From contig LVLI01000217.1 of assembly GCA_001687465.1 (NCBI GenBank), positions 1 to 64,000 on the forward strand: a stretch of DNA of 64,000 nt. The letters are read 5' to 3'. The position numbers and the translations under genes were made by a program. Every line of letters starts with the position of its first letter. Within the stretch, counting starts at the first letter, position 1. The DNA is from Halocafeteria seosinensis (taxonomy: Eukaryota). Below the pieces are notes generated by a model, which did no database searches, was not told the origin of the DNA, and was given only the letters and a program-made list of their open reading frames with translations. Of this stretch, positions 62,238 to 64,000 are shown piece after piece.

Positions 62238-64000
62238 ATGCGTAAATGTGCACTGTTCACTGTTCATACATATACCATCTGCACGCTTTGTCTCATTGCA
62301 GTTGTTTCGGATCGAGTCCGTAAGTGCTTCTTAAGAGGGGAAAAACGATGCCATAAGCCTGTTGTCAACTTTAGTACTGTTGCCTTGCGCAGATCGCCTT
62401 CTCCTGATTCTTCAACTGCTTTGGTGACGGCTAGTGTGACACCTAGAGGCTCAGGTTCACCTACAGCCACTATGACGTCTACCGGTACCCCGAGTAAGAC
62501 TGAGACAAGCACCACCACCGAGACTGCATCCTTGACTCCGACTTCGACACAAACACCGTCGAATACTCAGATAGCGACCCCGAGCCAAACGTCCACAGTC
62601 ACCCCTACAGTTACAAAAACGCCTTCACAGACTCCGACTCCCGCAGCATCTCAGTTTTCCACTGAAATCGGAGGATGTCAATGTGTAGTTGATGAAGAAA
62701 ACTTCATCAGAGCATGTACTGATTGTCCGAAGAATGTGGATGCGTCCATACGGAACCGGGACGTTAGACCTGTTGGGATCCGCAAGGGTGCCTTCTCCAA
62801 TCTAACTAACATTGATGTGGAGACCATGAACCTCGGCGGACTTGGTTTGAAATTTTTAGAGAGGGAGTCTTTTAAAGGTCTAGACAGTATGCGAACCTTA
62901 GACTTATCTTCCAACATGATTGTGCGACTCGAAGAATTTACAAACTTTGAGGATTCGCTTCAAGGCGATGCGGACGCAAATCCAACCTCTGATGACCCCT
63001 CGGAGCGACCCGCTGAAGGCTCTAGAGGTGTTTTCCTTGGGCTTCGAAATCTTCGCGAGCTGAGCTTAAGAAACAACCACATAAACTTTATCCGAAGTAC
63101 CACGTTTGGAGGATTAAAACAATTGACCAAGTTGGATTTGAGCAACAATAACATTGACCTTTTGGGCAGCGCATTTCTTGAATTAAGGACCCTCAAGACA
63201 CTTGACTTAAGCAACAATGGTATCCAGCGCATGTATGCAAACGGCAGTCGAGTCAATGATGGGCCCCTTGGTACCGTTTTTGCAACGCCTGACCTTCGGC
63301 GTCTCGAGGAACTCTACCTTCAGCATAACAGTATACCTTTGGATCGGTCTCTTTCAACATTTCGTGAGTCAGGTGATTTTCCTTTCTCGCAGCTACGTTC
63401 GCTGAAGAGGTTGAATCTGTCGAACAATCAGCGCATAAGCTCCGTTGGCTCAGGAAGCAAAGAACTTTTCTATGGCTTGGCACAACTCGAGACGCTTTGG
63501 TTAAAGAATGTCGGATTTCAAGTCGATCCGAGTGATGCCGTATCGTTGTTTACTGCCACACCTGCTTTAAAGCACCTGCATTTGAGTAACGCCCATCAGA
63601 GCATAGTACCACCGGAGCTCTTTTTTGGACTCACGAGGCTCGAGACCCTCAAGTTTGATGACTCCAGTATAAGCAGTATACAGACGGGATCCTTTGCATC
63701 TTTAGAGCGGATGACCAGTCTTGATCTCTCCCACAACCAACTGAGTGCTATTCCGAAAGGAGTTTTCTCGGAGGCGGTAGCCACGTTAGAAACATTATAT
63801 TTGAACAACAACTACATTGATCAAATTGAAGTTGGTGCCTTCATGTATCTGAACAACCTTGCCCATCTGGTTCTGAGCAATCAGAAAGGAGAATCGTTTC
63901 TCATCGAGAAGAACACTTTCGATGGACTAGGGAACCTTCAAGAATTGCATCTCAATAAAGCAAATGTGACGAATGTCAGAAGAGGTGGCTTCAACGGCTT
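62238..64000 (+). CDS. Cell-surface leucine-rich repeat protein with Thr/Pro/Ser mucin-like segment (runs off window end)
   Basis: Open frame from ATG 62238: hydrophobic leader, TP-rich stretch, Cys cap (GCQC..ACTDCP), many LxxLxLxxN repeats (LDLSSNMI, LSLRNNHI, LDLSNNNI, LDLSHNQL). Confidence 0.9.
   Translation, partial: MRKCALFTVHTYTICTLCLIAVVSDRVRKCFLRGEKRCHKPVVNFSTVALRRSPSPDSSTALVTASVTPRGSGSPTATMTSTGTPSKTETSTTTETASLTPTSTQTPSNTQIATPSQTSTVTPTVTKTPSQTPTPAASQFSTEIGGCQCVVDEENFIRACTDCPKNVDASIRNRDVRPVGIRKGAFSNLTNIDVETMNLGGLGLKFLERESFKGLDSMRTLDLSSNMIVRLEEFTNFEDSLQGDADANPTSDDPSERPAEGSRGVFLGLRNLRELSLRNNHINFIRSTTFGGLKQLTKLDLSNNNIDLLGSAFLELRTLKTLDLSNNGIQRMYANGSRVNDGPLGTVFATPDLRRLEELYLQHNSIPLDRSLSTFRESGDFPFSQLRSLKRLNLSNNQRISSVGSGSKELFYGLAQLETLWLKNVGFQVDPSDAVSLFTATPALKHLHLSNAHQSIVPPELFFGLTRLETLKFDDSSISSIQTGSFASLERMTSLDLSHNQLSAIPKGVFSEAVATLETLYLNNNYIDQIEVGAFMYLNNLAHLVLSNQKGESFLIEKNTFDGLGNLQELHLNKANVTNVRRGGFNG

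Overview
Gene-dense eukaryotic nuclear DNA with many short (about 50-80 nt) GT-AG introns; gene content suggests a heterotrophic protist, probably a stramenopile (inference). About 25 protein-coding genes: SRP14, a divergent TBP with a long N-terminal extension, deoxynucleoside kinase, nodulin-like MFS transporter, CAF-1 large subunit, DnaJ, ARM-like protein, Pcf11, NEK kinase, MAT1, threonine aldolase, a SerA(PGDH)-SerC(PSAT) fusion, VOC/glyoxalase protein, HSF-type factor, AN1 zinc finger, CSRNP/SAP protein, HCN-like channel, TBC GAP, GT61 and GT11 glycosyltransferases, a pseudokinase, an Sfi1-like protein, a 2.4k-aa secreted repeat protein and a 3'-truncated LRR protein. No tRNA, rRNA, CRISPR or recognisable transposon was found. 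The most striking locus is the apparently mitochondrial serA-serC fusion. It has a single in-frame TAG inside an otherwise intact SerC domain, and an unusually long, structured first intron hiding a candidate poison exon. It sits next to a co-oriented threonine aldolase. Exon boundaries were read by eye, and family calls rest on remembered motifs, not database searches.
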